This document shows positions 62,246 to 64,000 of a stretch of 64,000 nucleotides of DNA, piece after piece. Under the pieces are notes generated by a model. That model made no database searches and had not been told where the DNA came from. It saw only the letters and a list, made by a program, of their open reading frames with translations. Numbering within the stretch: position 1 is the first letter of the stretch; each line of letters opens with the position of its first letter. The position numbers were made by a program, and so were the translations under genes. Origin of the DNA: Phallusia mammillata (lineage: Eukaryota); assembly GCA_965637545.1 (NCBI GenBank), contig OZ281494.1, positions 35,402,001 through 35,466,000 of the forward strand, written 5' to 3'.

Positions 62246-62551
62246 CAAAGTTGCAGGTCGGGCCGGGTTCTGGCTTAGGTTTCTTTCCAGAAAACGGGCC
62301 TTTTTTGCCTGACTTTACACTCTGTGTCCATATTTTTTGAATAAATTTAACTAGCTAAGTATAGCCATTTGCTGGACCTGACCTAATGTCAAAAAGCCCT
62401 AAAACGCCTTGTTAAAGACCAATTGTTTGTTAGTGTCTACTGTGTTTGTTGTCTTGGTCTTTCCTGGTGCTTCAATGAGCCGAGTTTAGGGCTTGTGCTT
62501 TCCGGGTTCGGGCCGGATCCGGCTTCAACTTCAGGCCCGTTTACAACTCTG
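62246..62551. mobile_element. hAT MITE, duplicated copy of 56781-57087
   Basis: Same TSD atctgtta and same flanks; TIR caaagttg / caactctg. Confidence 0.88.
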
Positions 62552-64000
62552 ATCTGTTACACCTCGCTGCGTTTTCAGATGCGCTCAGACACCGTGAAAA
62601 CGTGGCACTATTTTTTATTCTTAGAAACCGAAAATTTTAACCATTGGCTTTTCGTGTCTCATTTGCAGTGATTATGTTTGGAATTTTTTTCACATGTCGC
62701 AGTAATAAATACTTAATGAGCGTTTCATTAGGCTTTGCATCAGTTGACATATAAATGTTTCGAATACCGGTTTATTTTTAATAAGAAATAAAAAAGATCG
62801 AAACGAAAAAAACAATTTCTACCGGCATTACGCATTCGAAACGCCGCGCGCGAACCCGCGCCGCGCACGAGACGCGCCGCTCATCCGATACGCAATCGAG
62901 CGCGACGCGCGTTCGCTCATCCAGCGATTTACCACAGCTGGTAGACGACGCGTTTTTCGCACATCCATAGAAACTCCACAGCAACAAAAAATGTTATAAT
63001 AAGTTTTATCGGGGCGCTGTGCTGGTCACAAAGGAACCTGCGCAAGTCTTTAAAAACGACACTTCCTTTGGAATTCCACGTAAAACACATTTCGCCTTAC
63101 GTCACATTTCGCCTTCTAGAGCAAGATATTTTTAATATGTTAAACGTGGTAGCGAAAGCAACTTCTAGTTATCCTGATTTCACCGTAATTGTCCACGTAA
63201 CAACACTTTTATCAAGAACGATACAATCGCTGCAGTAATTCACGTAAACAATGACCTTTTGCGTTCTGTTAAAACGATTTTACGCCATAACGATCTGAAA
63301 GGTGACATCGGCATAATTATATCGGAACGCTCGGTACTTAATTCTTTTACCTTGGACCTGAACCGCTATATAAGTCACACACATTCATAAAAACAGACCA
63401 GAGACTGCGATGGGTGACCTTATCACTCTTGTTTGTCGAACGTCTGTTGTGATCTGTCCGTGTTGTCGTCCGCTAGGTGACACGCCAGAGGCATTTTAAG
63501 ACAAAACACGAACTCTGTGCTGAAGGGTAGTAAAAAAAACTTTGGTAGTTCAAGGTCCTAAAAAAACGCCAGAAAGCTTGTGTACAAGTAACTCTTCGTA
63601 TTATGGACGTTTTAACTATTACTATTGCCGTCATCAGTGCAACACATCACATATGCTTGAAGCAATGCGCTTTAAACGTGTTTTTTAGTATTTTTATTCG
63701 GTTTAGTTGCCACACTTTGAAAGGGAAAGAAGTTTAGAAATAAAACGAAACTGATAATTTCATGACGGGGTCAGTAAAAGGTCAAACATTGACCAATAGG
63801 TCATTCACCCGTAGGAAAGGGACAACCGGCAAAACGTTCTAATAGAGTCTATTATAGAGTTCTATTAAGTACACTATTTGATTTTCTGTGTACAACAACA
63901 TACCTTGTGTAAAAGTTTCAGATCGAGTTTCAGATCGATGTCAGATCAAGTTGGACAAACTTAACGAAATAAAAGAAACAAATCAAGTAAAATCAAAATA

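Larger units (their letters stand above)
54970..62780. repeat. Second array of the same monomer modules, with an internal duplication (~55770-57320 vs ~60490-62780)
   Basis: Modules shared with the 9.9-30.3-kb array (54985 ~ 9985; 55700-55900 ~ 15050-15230; 55960 ~ 18620). Near-identity between 56260-57320 and 61755-62780. Confidence 0.8.

Noticed and set aside
62625-62634. ISRE-like GAAANNGAAA words (also ~57162) and near-kB words elsewhere
   Set aside because: Short A-rich words expected by chance; these two copies are duplicates inside a repeat.

Overview
AT-rich, intron-containing eukaryotic DNA. An invertebrate deuterostome such as an ascidian is my inference from gene style and TE content, not something the sequence proves. 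The window is part of a tandem cluster of NACHT-LRR (NLR-like) immune genes on the minus strand. (1) One apparently intact 10-coding-exon NLR gene (45876->37372, 690 aa by my hand-spliced model). Its ~96-aa N-terminus has no death-fold domain and is built from short exons; it carries a motif, KVEKSVVGVQGDVHQT, resembling RHIM/amyloid-signalling motifs. (2) The first four coding exons of a paralogue (3573->1391) that runs off the left edge, with that motif identical. Upstream of each gene lies a non-coding array of multi-kb diverged monomers (~9.9-30.3 kb and ~55-62.8 kb). The first array includes a recent ~6.4-kb tandem duplication and tRNA-derived A/B-box heads in divergent pairs; both arrays carry CRE-like motifs. 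The rest is TE-derived: a degenerate Gmr1-type Ty3/Gypsy element (PR-IN-RT-RH order, tRNA-Pro PBS, 50085-54797), a second Gypsy gag/protease fossil, two hAT transposase fossils, an L1/Tx1-like RT fragment, a Helentron-like element carrying a 128-bp minisatellite, and about a dozen hAT MITEs, many with 8-bp TSDs. Most short ORFs in the supplied track are spurious. All coordinates, alignments and counts were done by eye; no database searches were run.
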